From Anaerolineales bacterium (GTDB lineage Bacteria > Chloroflexota > Anaerolineae > Anaerolineales > E44-bin32), in NCBI GenBank assembly GCA_037379555.1, contig JARRJK010000014.1, positions 1-58,552 on the forward strand: a stretch of 58,552 nucleotides of DNA, read 5' to 3'. Positions 1-9,455 of the stretch are shown here, piece after piece. The position numbers and the translations under genes are program-made. A model generated the notes under the pieces. The model was given only the letters and a program-made list of their open reading frames with translations. It did not search any database and was not told the DNA's origin. How positions within the stretch are numbered: position 1 is the stretch's first letter; each line of letters opens with the position of its first letter.

Positions 1-1
1 G

Positions 2-2521
2 CCGCCGGCAGCCTTCGAAGAGGCTGCGCAGGCGATCCAGCAGGCATTCCTCGAGCACCAGCCGCCCGCCCCATTCCCCGCCGAACTGCGGCAGGCCATC
101 CGCTGGCTGGGGGCAGGCGGACTGGCGGTGCGCTCCTCCGCCACTGCGGAAGATCTGCCGGGGGTGTCCTTCGCCGGACAGCAAGCCACCTTTCTGAACG
201 TCGTGGGAGATCAACCGCTCCTGCAATGGGTCGTGAAGTGCTGGGCTTCGCTGTGGACCGCCCGTGCGTTGAGCTACCGGGAGAGAAACGGCATTGACCA
301 CCGGACGGTCGCACTGGCGGTCGTTGTCCAGGCCATGGTGCCCAGCGTCTCATCCGGGGTGATGTTCACCGCCAACCCGCTGACCGGACTGCGGTACGAG
401 ATCACGATCGACGCCTCCTACGGCCTGGGCGAAGCGCTGGTCAGCGGCCAGGTGGAACCTGATCACTATGTTTTCGAACGTCGCTCCCGAGAGCTCATTG
501 CAAAGCACCTGGGCGGCAAAGCCATCCTGATGCGCGGCGCGGTGGGCGGCGGCGTGGAGACGCTTCCGAGCGAAGCTCCTGGGAAGCAGGCTCTCCCTGA
601 CGAAGCCATCCTCGCCCTGGCCCGGCTCGGCGAGCTCGTTGAGGGCATCTACGACTTCCCCCAGGACATCGAATGGGCCTACCTGCCGGACGAGTCCGGC
701 CCTGCACTCGCCTCTGGAGAATCGCGCAGCGGCGACTTCTACATCGTGCAATCGCGCCCGATCACCTCCCTCTACCCTCTGCCTGATGGGATGGCCCTCT
801 CTCCCCCGCGTGTCTTCCTGTCTTTCGGTGCGGTACAGGGCATAACGGATCCATTTACGCCGCTGGGGCAGGACACCATCCGGCTGCTCATCGCCGGCGG
901 CGCCTCATTATTCAGGATCCGCGCCGACCAGTACTCGCAGAGTGTGATCCAGATTGCGGGTTACCGGCTGTGGGCCGAACTGACCGCCGTCCTGCGCAAC
1001 CCGATTGGCGCACGCGTGGTGCCGCGCATCTTCGCCGGTGTTGAACCGGGCTCGATACCGGCGCTGAAAACCCTGATGGCGGATGAGGCCCTGGGCGCAG
1101 GTTCTGGACGGATCCGGCTTTCAACGATCCGGCATGTCGCTGGTTTCGTCCTGCGCATGCTGCGGAAGGTCATCTACTGGGCGCGGGTGCCCGAGGGCAA
1201 ATCAGCCCTTCTCCACCAGGCTATCCAGGCTCGAGTCCAAGAGTTTAAGGCGCACAGCCGTCCACCTGGTGGGGAAAATGTCACCCTCGCACACGCCCTC
1301 CATGTCCATCGGGAGCTGTACGACCTCTTTCCCTATGCGATTCCCGAGATTGCCAGCGCGCTGATCGTCGGACTCGCGCCGCTGATCCCGCTGAGCCGGA
1401 TATCGCAGCGCTTGACCGGGTCGCAGGATACCGCGCTGGAGATCACGCGCGGGGTGTCCGGAAACGTGACAACCGATATGGATCTGGCACTGTGGCAGAC
1501 ATCGCGCGCCATCAAAGCGGATCCTGCTTCGCAGGCGGCTTTCCAATCGACATCGAGCGCAGACCTGGCTCAGATGTACCTGCGCGAGTCGCTCCCGGAG
1601 ACAGCCCAGCATGAGCTGGCCGGATTTCTCGACCAGTACGGCATGCGCGGCCTGGGCGAGATTGACATCGGCCGCCCCCGCTGGGCGGAGAACCCCACGC
1701 CGATCGTGCAGACGCTGCAGAGCTACCTGTTGATCGAGAGTGGACCCCTGGCGCCGGATGCCGTGTTCCAGAGAAGCGCCCAGAAAGCCGAGCATGCAGT
1801 CCGAACCCTGGAGGAAGCTGCCCGATTCAGCTCCGGGGGTTGGTTGAAATCCCGCATCGTGCACGCCCTCGCTCGCAGAGTGCGGATCTACGCCGGCCTG
1901 CGCGAGAGCCCCAAGTACTACATCGTCCAGATCCTGAGCATCGTCCGCCGGCTGCTGATGGAGGCCGGGGAGAACCTGGTCAGAGAAGGCCTCCTCTGGC
2001 AGCCGGATGATGTCTTTTACCTTTACATCGAGGAGCTGGAATCCCTGGCTCGGGGCGAGGTACGCGAATGGAGGGAACTGATCAAAGAACGCCGGGAACG
2101 GTACGTGCGCGAATTCCTCCGCAGGCAGATCCCGCGCCTGCTGGTGAGCGACGGCCGGGCCTTCTACGAAGGCATGCTGCCCGGCGAAGGCGACCAGAAG
2201 GTATTAAAAGGAAGCGGCGTCTCGCCCGGAGTGGTGGAGGGGCTTGCCCGGGTTGTGCTCGACCCACACGCGGCGAACCTGCAGCCGGGCGAGATCCTGG
2301 TCTGCCCGGGGACGGATCCATCCTGGACACCGCTGTTTCTCGCCTCGGGAGGGTTGGTGATGGAGCTGGGGGGCTTGATGACGCACGGCGCGATCATCGC
2401 CCGTGAGTACGGCATCCCAGCCGTCGTCGGCGTCGACCGGGCGACGGAACGGATCCAAACCGGGGTCCGCATCAGGGTTGATGGAAGCCAGGGGATCGTT
2501 GAATTGCTGGATGAGGATTGA
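2..2521 (+). CDS. PEP/pyruvate-binding, rifamycin phosphotransferase (RPH)-like enzyme, 5'-truncated by window edge
   Basis: Frame is open from base 2. ATP-grasp motifs AVRSSATAEDLPGVSFAGQ, VVVQAMV, DIEWA and IVQSRPIT. Central NVTTDMDLALW and YGMRGLGEIDIGRPRW. C-terminal phospho-His swivel domain GGLMTHGAIIAREYGIPAVVGV. Confidence 0.85.
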   Translation, partial: PPAAFEEAAQAIQQAFLEHQPPAPFPAELRQAIRWLGAGGLAVRSSATAEDLPGVSFAGQQATFLNVVGDQPLLQWVVKCWASLWTARALSYRERNGIDHRTVALAVVVQAMVPSVSSGVMFTANPLTGLRYEITIDASYGLGEALVSGQVEPDHYVFERRSRELIAKHLGGKAILMRGAVGGGVETLPSEAPGKQALPDEAILALARLGELVEGIYDFPQDIEWAYLPDESGPALASGESRSGDFYIVQSRPITSLYPLPDGMALSPPRVFLSFGAVQGITDPFTPLGQDTIRLLIAGGASLFRIRADQYSQSVIQIAGYRLWAELTAVLRNPIGARVVPRIFAGVEPGSIPALKTLMADEALGAGSGRIRLSTIRHVAGFVLRMLRKVIYWARVPEGKSALLHQAIQARVQEFKAHSRPPGGENVTLAHALHVHRELYDLFPYAIPEIASALIVGLAPLIPLSRISQRLTGSQDTALEITRGVSGNVTTDMDLALWQTSRAIKADPASQAAFQSTSSADLAQMYLRESLPETAQHELAGFLDQYGMRGLGEIDIGRPRWAENPTPIVQTLQSYLLIESGPLAPDAVFQRSAQKAEHAVRTLEEAARFSSGGWLKSRIVHALARRVRIYAGLRESPKYYIVQILSIVRRLLMEAGENLVREGLLWQPDDVFYLYIEELESLARGEVREWRELIKERRERYVREFLRRQIPRLLVSDGRAFYEGMLPGEGDQKVLKGSGVSPGVVEGLARVVLDPHAANLQPGEILVCPGTDPSWTPLFLASGGLVMELGGLMTHGAIIAREYGIPAVVGVDRATERIQTGVRIRVDGSQGIVELLDED

Positions 2522-2837
2522 ACAACGCCCGAAGACCTAACCCGCTCCTGATGGGACGACAGCATTTGAATCTACCATCTTGGTAGCCGGTGAGTTGTAG
2601 AGCGCAAAGGATCACGAGGCGTAGACAACAGATATCCTTTTGACGCTCTTCGCTTATCGTACGGATGGATCGGATCCCTCTCAGGGATGATTGAGCACCT
2701 CCTCGCCGCCGGCAGTTTCAAGCATTTAACCCACCCGTATCGTCGAACTCAGCGAGAAGGAGATCATCTGAAGCAAACACGCGCTTCACTCCAGGTCATA
2801 TTTACGATCGCAGTCCACTCAGATGAGTAATATGTAG

Positions 2838-3851
2838 TCAGCAACACGAGGCGCTCACGGCATGCAGAACGCACCATTCGAGCTCGGTAGGTGCAACTGG
2901 AAGCCCGTCGGCCCTTGCGCCCTCGAAGATCACGCTCTCCGGTGTTGGCTCCGCCGCGCTGACGCATGTGTTTTCAATCTGAAGATCCCAGCCCGCCGCA
3001 CGAAAATGTTCGACGGCGGATTCCCGGTAGAGCAGCGCGTCAAGGCTGATTTCCTCAATGAGTCTGCGGTTGGCCATGTCTTCAGTCGGGAAGAAGTGCG
3101 AGATCGCCAGCAGGTCGCCCTCGAGGATCCTGTGTAACTCTTCCAAGAGGCGCCCCGGCTGCTCGATGTTCGGGAGGCCCAGATTGGTCGTCATCGTCCC
3201 GATCGAACCATCGCGGAAGGGGGTCAGCCGGGCATCGAACGCCAGCAAGCTTACGTATTCGCTCAAGCCCAGGAATTCGAAGAAGGCCTTGTCACGGCGC
3301 AGGATGCTGAGACTGAAATCGGTGGCGATCACCGGTCTCTTCAGCTCTCGGGCGATCCGCTCGACCAGGTAGCCGCGCCCGGACGCCAGATCGACGATTG
3401 GCCCGTCCATCCGGGCGGCTTGCTCGAGCGTGTATTCGATCTGGCTCAGCCAGCAGCGGTTATAGGCATCGGTGTAGAGATTCTGCCGGGCAAAGTCCTC
3501 CACCCTGCGGGCTTCGTCGAACTCGCCGCGCTCCTCCAACAACTGCGCCCGAAACTGCTGGTCTGTCGCCGACAAGTCCTCGATCGGTGAATCCATCAGA
3601 CGCATTTCGAGGTCAGGGTGATCACGCAGATAGATGCTCAGCCGGCTCTCAACTTGCTCCCACAGATCATTCCTTGGCAGCTCCGGGGTGAGGAAGATGC
3701 CGATGCCCTCGCGGACAGGGTACTTCGTCCGGCAACCTGTGCAGATTGAAATCGCTTGCTCAATTTGTGATTTGGATCCCTTGTCGATCTTCCATTCGAG
3801 GGCTTGATGGCAGATTGGGCACTCGAACAGGTCGATGAGAATTGGATTCAT
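2838..3851 (-). CDS. Class I SAM-dependent methyltransferase with N-terminal Trm112-like Zn-knuckle
   Basis: N-terminus has CPIC...CTGC...YPVREGI. SAM motif IVDLASGRG, then TDFS and FDARLTPF. Start moved to the ATG at 3851 (MNPILIDLFECP). Confidence 0.75.
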   Translation of the reverse strand: MNPILIDLFECPICHQALEWKIDKGSKSQIEQAISICTGCRTKYPVREGIGIFLTPELPRNDLWEQVESRLSIYLRDHPDLEMRLMDSPIEDLSATDQQFRAQLLEERGEFDEARRVEDFARQNLYTDAYNRCWLSQIEYTLEQAARMDGPIVDLASGRGYLVERIARELKRPVIATDFSLSILRRDKAFFEFLGLSEYVSLLAFDARLTPFRDGSIGTMTTNLGLPNIEQPGRLLEELHRILEGDLLAISHFFPTEDMANRRLIEEISLDALLYRESAVEHFRAAGWDLQIENTCVSAAEPTPESVIFEGARADGLPVAPTELEWCVLHAVSASCC

Positions 3852-4029
3852 CACGAATTCTCCCTGGGGGCGACCGGTTTGAAAGTTCCCGGCTGAAGAC
3901 CACAGGCGTTCAATACACGGCGCTTCAAATCCCACATCATTCTGGTCTGACAGGTATGGGCTATGGCTTTCCGCAGGGATGAGCGAGATCGCAAATCAAA
4001 GATGGAGCGGTATTATGCGTTCTTTCGGG

Positions 4030-4482
4030 TCACCCGATCAGGCCCAGCACACCCGCCAGCCCGAAGAGCAGGAAGGCAAGCCCCAACGCCAGGAAAAGAT
4101 AGCTGATCCAACTCACGCCCGGCACAAGCACGCTGGTCGAGGGCTTCTGCGGATCGTAGTAGACCGTGACTGAACCGCCCTGCGGATACGTCGCCAGGAT
4201 TTTCTCCGCACGCGCGCGGGAGCTGGTGTTCACGTCGGTGAAAGTGCGCCGCGTTCCCTGGAGTTCCTGGCCACCTACGGAGTAGCGGTATAACAGCGCG
4301 ACGCCGTAGCTCGTCGTCGTTGACCCATCGTCATCCGTGCTCTCGTGGACGGAGATGCTGGATGAGAGGATGCTGCCGCTGGCGCTCGGCCAGCCGCGGC
4401 TTTTCTGCCCCCGCAGTATCGAGTAGCCGACCACGATGACTGTGATCAAACCCAGGCCGAGGATGATGAGATGCCCGGTCAT
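4030..4482 (-). CDS. DUF3592 family membrane protein
   Basis: N-terminal TM, WPSASGSILSS, Y..YRYSVGG, VTVYYDPQKP, C-terminal TM. GGAGGG SD. Confidence 0.8.
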   Translation of the reverse strand: MTGHLIILGLGLITVIVVGYSILRGQKSRGWPSASGSILSSSISVHESTDDDGSTTTSYGVALLYRYSVGGQELQGTRRTFTDVNTSSRARAEKILATYPQGGSVTVYYDPQKPSTSVLVPGVSWISYLFLALGLAFLLFGLAGVLGLIG

Positions 4483-4653
4483 TTCGCGTCCCTCCCTCTT
4501 TGCGCGTCACTTAAATTATGCTCGCTTGGTTTTTCCCTGATACAAACCCGTGATGTCCACGTTGCCTGAACACCCACCCCGATGGACTGCTCCTCATGGT
4601 GACAGCAGACTGTCTAGCAGGCTCAAATCCAGCGGAAGGTCGCTCCCTATGGA

Positions 4654-5874
4654 TCAACCGGAGAGAAAGTTAGGTGGCTCCCTCAGCCGGAACGAGAGGA
4701 CCAGCGCCAGAATCATCAAGCCGATGAGCAAGCTCAAAGGCAGGGTCATGGAACCGGTCTGGGCCGCTTTTAGGCTGTCCATGCCCAGGATGAAGAGTAT
4801 CCCTGAAACCTGGCCCATGAGCAGCAGCATACCATTAGAGGTCCCCTCGGGGGTTGGGTGTGTCACCTCGGCGCCGTATTGGAAACCGATCGGGCCTGCG
4901 CTTAACAGGAAGAAGCCGAATACGAATGCGGAAACCAGCAGCAGGCCATAGCCCCTGAAGAACGTGACTCCCGACAGGCCAGCGGTGGCTCCGAGGATGG
5001 CCAATATCAGGTATGGCGTGCGTTTGCGATTGCGATCGGAAAGGATAGGCATGATGAGGGCGCCTACGATCCCGCCCAGAATCATCAAACCTCCGACGTT
5101 GCCAGCTTCAACGATCGACAGGCCTCTCGGCCTGAGAATGTCCTCAATCCATGTCGTCACGGCATTGAACACACCTAAACCGACAAAGAAGATTGCGAGC
5201 GTAAGCTGGAAATCGCGCTGACGCAGCGAATCTCTCAGACCATCGAAAACCAGCGATCGTACTTCCTCCTCAGCAGGTCCAGGCGGAGTGGCCGGCCGTT
5301 CCCTGACGAAGATGAAAAACTGAACGGCGGCCACGGCGGCCAGCAAGCCGTATCCAATCAGCATGTTGCGGATGCCGAATTGAAGGGCCAGGTAGGGAGT
5401 CAAAGCCACGCCGGCGATGATGCCCAGATACATCGCCAGCGTGCCCAGGCCAGAGGCCGTGGCCCGTTCGCCGGCCGGAAACCAGCGGGCAGCGATGGTC
5501 GTGATGGCATTCAGAATGAAGGGTTGCCCGATGGCGATGCCAATCTGAGCCAATAAAACCAGCGAATAGCTATCCGAGAAAAAACCCCGCAACAAGCCAA
5601 ATCCACCCGTGAGCAACGCTCCGGCACCGACCCCGGCGAGCACTCCATAGGTATCAATCGTCCAGGAAGCCGGGATCGAAACAAAAATGTAGACAATCAT
5701 GAAACTCATGGAGAGCAGCCCGATGCTCAGGTCGGAGACACCGTAATAGGAGGCCGCGCTTCCGGTGATGGCGGCAAACGTGATCCACATCAGCTGGTTG
5801 ACGGCGACGACGAACATGAAAGCCGCCAGCACTACCCAGCGGTAGCGGTAAATTTTAACTTCCGATTGAGCCAT
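4654..5874 (-). CDS. MFS transporter (FLVCR-like family)
   Basis: YRYRWVVL start, about 12 hydrophobic segments, AARWFPAGERATA. GGGAGG SD before the ATG at 5874. Confidence 0.85.
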   Translation of the reverse strand: MAQSEVKIYRYRWVVLAAFMFVVAVNQLMWITFAAITGSAASYYGVSDLSIGLLSMSFMIVYIFVSIPASWTIDTYGVLAGVGAGALLTGGFGLLRGFFSDSYSLVLLAQIGIAIGQPFILNAITTIAARWFPAGERATASGLGTLAMYLGIIAGVALTPYLALQFGIRNMLIGYGLLAAVAAVQFFIFVRERPATPPGPAEEEVRSLVFDGLRDSLRQRDFQLTLAIFFVGLGVFNAVTTWIEDILRPRGLSIVEAGNVGGLMILGGIVGALIMPILSDRNRKRTPYLILAILGATAGLSGVTFFRGYGLLLVSAFVFGFFLLSAGPIGFQYGAEVTHPTPEGTSNGMLLLMGQVSGILFILGMDSLKAAQTGSMTLPLSLLIGLMILALVLSFRLREPPNFLSG

Positions 5875-6070
5875 CGGCGACCTCCCACGCAGCGCGATCA
5901 GCAGGTTGAAGGATCCTGGTTTGTCCTCCGTAAACTCTAGCACCAGGGGCTGTTTCTTGCGACTCACCCGGCACGTCACTCCGCGATAAGCCGCAGCCCG
6001 GGGGCAAGTCCGCCTGGAATTTCAAACGTTAATATTGACAGGGGGGAAGATTAGGGGATCGAAGGGTGGC

Positions 6071-6325
6071 TCACTCCAGGGTGATCGCGTCCTCGGGGCA
6101 CTGGAGGACGCAAGCTCCGCAGGCAATGCACCACTCGGGATTGTGAAAGATGACCACCCTATTCGGCCGGTCCGGCAACCAGCAGCCGACAGGGCAGACT
6201 TCGTAACATTGCCAGGTGCCTTTGCATTTCTCCGCATCGAAGTGAATCTGCAGTTTGCGCAGCGTCCGCGCCAGCTCAAGATGCTCCGTCAGGGAGCTCC
6301 AGAGTGTTGGATTGGCTTCGCTCAT
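6071..6325 (-). CDS. Dicluster-type ferredoxin (HgcB-like position), 84 aa
   Basis: Motifs CKGTWQCYEVCP and CIACGACVLQCP. The ATG at 6325 overlaps the upstream stop (ATGA). Confidence 0.85.
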   Translation of the reverse strand: MSEANPTLWSSLTEHLELARTLRKLQIHFDAEKCKGTWQCYEVCPVGCWLPDRPNRVVIFHNPEWCIACGACVLQCPEDAITLE

Positions 6326-7968
6326 CCCAACCATCCAACTGCGCGTGGGATCACCCAGTTCAGCGCGATCAGGGTCACCCCGATAATGGCTTCCCAACTC
6401 CAGTTAGCCTGCTCGCCGCGCATCAAGGGCGACATGCCCTGCAGTTCAGCGGCTGTGAACACGGATAATCCAGTCAATCCAACGATCCAGTGGAAGAACG
6501 ACAGGCGAGGCAGCGGGTTGAACAGCAGGGCATAGAAGGACAACCCGATCAGCGCGATCAGCGTGAGCGGGATGGCCTTGAGCAGCCCATCTCGTCCTGG
6601 CAGCCAGGGGTGCACGATGGCGTAGAAATACGACAGCCCCAGCAGGCTCCCCGTTATAGGCCAGAAATTCTCCCGCCAGAAGATGAGCACCGGCAGAAGA
6701 ATTAGCAGGGCGTAGAAGCCGAGCGTTACGGTGACCATCTCCAGGCGGTCCTTCAGCGGGAATTGGACCCAGCGCATCGCATCGGTCTTCTTCCGCTTGC
6801 GCTCCAGATATGCGGGAAGATCTCTGGCTTTAGCCGGACCCCAGAATACGCCCCAGCCGGTCTCATGCCGGATGCGCCACCCATCGACGCCGTTGGCACA
6901 AAGCTGCGGCAGGATCAGGGCATGATGGTCAACCTTCCCCTCGAGCTGCGCGGTCTTGACCGCGGCGATGACCTTCTCCGCTGTGAAATAACCCCCTCCC
7001 GCAGCGCACCAGACATTGATACCCGCCGAATCGGCAACCAGGATCCAGGCGTCCACCACGCCGTCGAGGGCCTTGACCAGGCGCCGCACGGTCAGGTCGA
7101 AATTCCCCGTCACCAGCACGGGCGATTTTCGGTTGGGATTCCCCACAGCGTACAATCCTGTTGCCACTTTCGGGTATGGCGGGATGATACGGAAGAAAAG
7201 CAGCCAGAGATCCATGAGCATTGTACGCAGCGTCACGCGGTGCTGCAGCTTCGGAACAAACCCGGCGTGGAGCTCGGCTGCCTCAAGCGGAGTTGCGCTC
7301 GATGGCTCCATCCCCGGCAGGCTGGCTGAGTAAACCACCAGGCTGCCCCCGAGGAACGATGCGCCGGTGCCTTCAACAAAACCGGCTTGCATCAGGGCTG
7401 CTTCAAAGTCGCGTAGCGGAGTCGTGGATGTGCGGGTTATCAGCCAGGTCAGGATCACCAGCGGTATGCGTATCAGACGGTAAACGAATCGCCTCAGGGC
7501 GGAATCCGGAATCACTTCGTCGGCAAGCATGAGCCGGCCACCTGGAGCCAGAAGGCTGGCGCACTTCCTCAGGACATACTGGCGTACTTCAGGGGACAGC
7601 TCACTGAACACCAGCGTTGAGACGATCAGGTCGAACCCCCCTTGCGGAAAATGATCCCCGACCTGGGTTGCGTCCATCCGCTTCAGGGTTACCTGGTCAT
7701 CAAAATCCAGCGCCTTGATTCTTTGCTGCGCGACAGCCAGCATCGAGGCCGAGGCGTCGATGGCGGTCACGATGGCGCCGCGTTCAGCCAGCAACGCAGC
7801 CAGCGTACCCGTCCCGCAGCCGATTTCGAGCACACGCACGCCGGGCCCTGCGGCACGTTCCGCGATCCACTGATGGACCCGCCGGATCCGGCCTAAGGTC
7901 AGCAAGCGAATCCCCCGATCGTAATCGGAGGGATTCGTCTCGAGCCACTTCATGAAGACTGTTGCCAT
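6322..7968 (-). CDS. Fusion of a class I SAM methyltransferase (CpaM-like) with an HgcA/CdhD-like corrinoid domain and about 5 TM helices
   Basis: VLEIGCGTG at about 7807-7833. GLYAVGNP..SPVLVTGNF.LT, cap helix GINVWCAAGGG (about 6991-7023), LILPQL, WGP..A.DLP. Hydrophobic C-terminus with PWLPGR. Confidence 0.85.
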   Translation of the reverse strand: MATVFMKWLETNPSDYDRGIRLLTLGRIRRVHQWIAERAAGPGVRVLEIGCGTGTLAALLAERGAIVTAIDASASMLAVAQQRIKALDFDDQVTLKRMDATQVGDHFPQGGFDLIVSTLVFSELSPEVRQYVLRKCASLLAPGGRLMLADEVIPDSALRRFVYRLIRIPLVILTWLITRTSTTPLRDFEAALMQAGFVEGTGASFLGGSLVVYSASLPGMEPSSATPLEAAELHAGFVPKLQHRVTLRTMLMDLWLLFFRIIPPYPKVATGLYAVGNPNRKSPVLVTGNFDLTVRRLVKALDGVVDAWILVADSAGINVWCAAGGGYFTAEKVIAAVKTAQLEGKVDHHALILPQLCANGVDGWRIRHETGWGVFWGPAKARDLPAYLERKRKKTDAMRWVQFPLKDRLEMVTVTLGFYALLILLPVLIFWRENFWPITGSLLGLSYFYAIVHPWLPGRDGLLKAIPLTLIALIGLSFYALLFNPLPRLSFFHWIVGLTGLSVFTAAELQGMSPLMRGEQANWSWEAIIGVTLIALNWVIPRAVGWLG

Positions 7969-8104
7969 GACCGCCTGGCCTGCCCGCTTCCTGCCTGAGT
8001 TCTACAAACCGCCCGGTCTTATTCTACTCCCCCAAGCAGCAAACGCCGCTTAAAACCATCCGCTGTCCAACGCCCTGCTCCTGCAGGCGGTGGATATTTG
8101 AAAT

Positions 8105-8129
8105 CAAAAACTCGCTGTTGCCAGCGAGT
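8105..8129 (-). terminator. Intrinsic terminator of the marR-ABC-HlyD operon
   Basis: Minus strand reads ACTCGCTG-GCAA-CAGCGAGT-TTTTG: perfect 8-bp stem, GNRA loop, U tract. Confidence 0.8.
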
Positions 8130-8145
8130 CCTTCATTCCAGACGG

Positions 8146-8171
8146 GCGATTGCCGCGTACGTGGCAATCGC
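8146..8171 (-). other. Stem-loop just after the HlyD-family stop codon
   Basis: Inverted repeat GCGATTGCC...GGCAATCGC. Confidence 0.5.
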
Positions 8172-8177
8172 AGGGAT

Positions 8178-9359
8178 TCAGTTGCTGGAGGAAACCTCAA
8201 TGTACGCTGTCATTCCCCAGCGCACCGCATCCGGGAAGATCTCATCCGGATGGACCTCAACCAGGTAGTTCACCCCCGCCCCTGGATCTGCCTTGGTGGC
8301 GATATAGGTGATCGCGCCCGGCAATTCAACCTCGGGCAGCGCATCGAACGTGATTACTACCGCCTCCCCGGTCTCGATCCGGGCCACATCGATCTCGTTC
8401 AGGTCGGTCGTCTCGACGACGAGTTCGGTCAGGTCCGCCAGCAGGGCGATCGGCTGGCCGGGGCCGACAAACTCCCCTGCCCGCACATAGACCTCGCTGA
8501 CGGTGCCCTCGAAGTCAGCGCGCAACTCGGTGTCAGCCAGCGCGCTTTCAGCTGCGCGCACAGCCGCCTGTGCGTTCGCCAGCCTGGCCTCTGCCAGCGA
8601 TACCGCCTGCGGATCGGGTCCGTTTTCAACCTTGGCATATTCACGCTCTGCCGAAGCCAGCTGTGCTTCGGCCTGCGCCAGCTTGGCATCCTCGACCGCT
8701 TGATCGATATCGGTCGGCGATCCGAGGTACCAGTTCAGGTTGCGCTGGATCGAATCGCGCTGCTTCTTGGCAGCGATCAGGTTCGAAAGCGCCAACGCTT
8801 TGCCGGCCTCCCCGCTGGCGCGGTCGTAGGCTTCCTGCGCCCGATCGACTTCTTCGTTGGCCAGGATCAGATTCGCCTCGGCCGCATCGATCGTATCCGA
8901 ACTGGCGCGGTAGCCCGGCTGCAGGACCTGCCAGTCATACTGAGCATCATCCAGCGCGTCGCGCGCGTTGGCCAGCACAAGCTGCGCCTGCGCTTTGGCG
9001 ATGTCCGCATTTTCAAAGAGCGCATCATACGCCTGCTGGGCGGTTTCAAGTTCTAACTGTGCCGCCGTGAGCGTCGCCTGCACCGCGTCCACGTTCCCCA
9101 GGCGCACCAGCACCTGCCCTTCTTCCACCCGGTCACCGCGTTCGACAAGCACTTCCCTGACCAGCCCGCCCCCGGGGAAGCTGAGCGTGGCATAACGGGT
9201 CGGTACGACAACCCCGGTTGCGCTTACGGCGGGTTCAAAATTCGCCAGTGTGTCCGGAGTGGTCGGGGTTGCGGCATCCGATGTCGAGCACCCTGCTAGA
9301 AAGAGTGCCAGCATCAGTGACAACAGCACCCAGATCGATTTCCTTCGTTCAACCTTCAT
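8178..9359 (-). CDS. HlyD/MacA-family efflux adaptor lipoprotein
   Basis: Lipobox LAGC, biotinyl-like GGLVREVLVERGDRV, long Ala-rich coiled coil, LRADFEGTV, VRWGMTA. AGGAG SD. Confidence 0.85.
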   Translation of the reverse strand: MKVERRKSIWVLLSLMLALFLAGCSTSDAATPTTPDTLANFEPAVSATGVVVPTRYATLSFPGGGLVREVLVERGDRVEEGQVLVRLGNVDAVQATLTAAQLELETAQQAYDALFENADIAKAQAQLVLANARDALDDAQYDWQVLQPGYRASSDTIDAAEANLILANEEVDRAQEAYDRASGEAGKALALSNLIAAKKQRDSIQRNLNWYLGSPTDIDQAVEDAKLAQAEAQLASAEREYAKVENGPDPQAVSLAEARLANAQAAVRAAESALADTELRADFEGTVSEVYVRAGEFVGPGQPIALLADLTELVVETTDLNEIDVARIETGEAVVITFDALPEVELPGAITYIATKADPGAGVNYLVEVHPDEIFPDAVRWGMTAYIEVSSSN

Positions 9360-9455
9360 CTTCAATCTCCTGAAACGCTTCCAGCGGTGCAGATCGACTC
9401 CACAGCGGAAAATCGTTTGAAATACGTTGCAGAACTGGAAGTACCTACCCATCGA

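Noticed and set aside
6322-7968. Calling this a bona fide mercury methylase hgcAB
   Set aside because: The cap helix is AAGG rather than AAGK, the ferredoxin lacks the terminal Cys pair, and there is an extra methyltransferase domain. Function cannot be assigned from sequence.
7969-8177. Cobalamin or SAM riboswitch upstream of the corrinoid gene
   Set aside because: No B12-box or SAM-I core recognised. The hairpins present are explained as the terminator region of the upstream operon.
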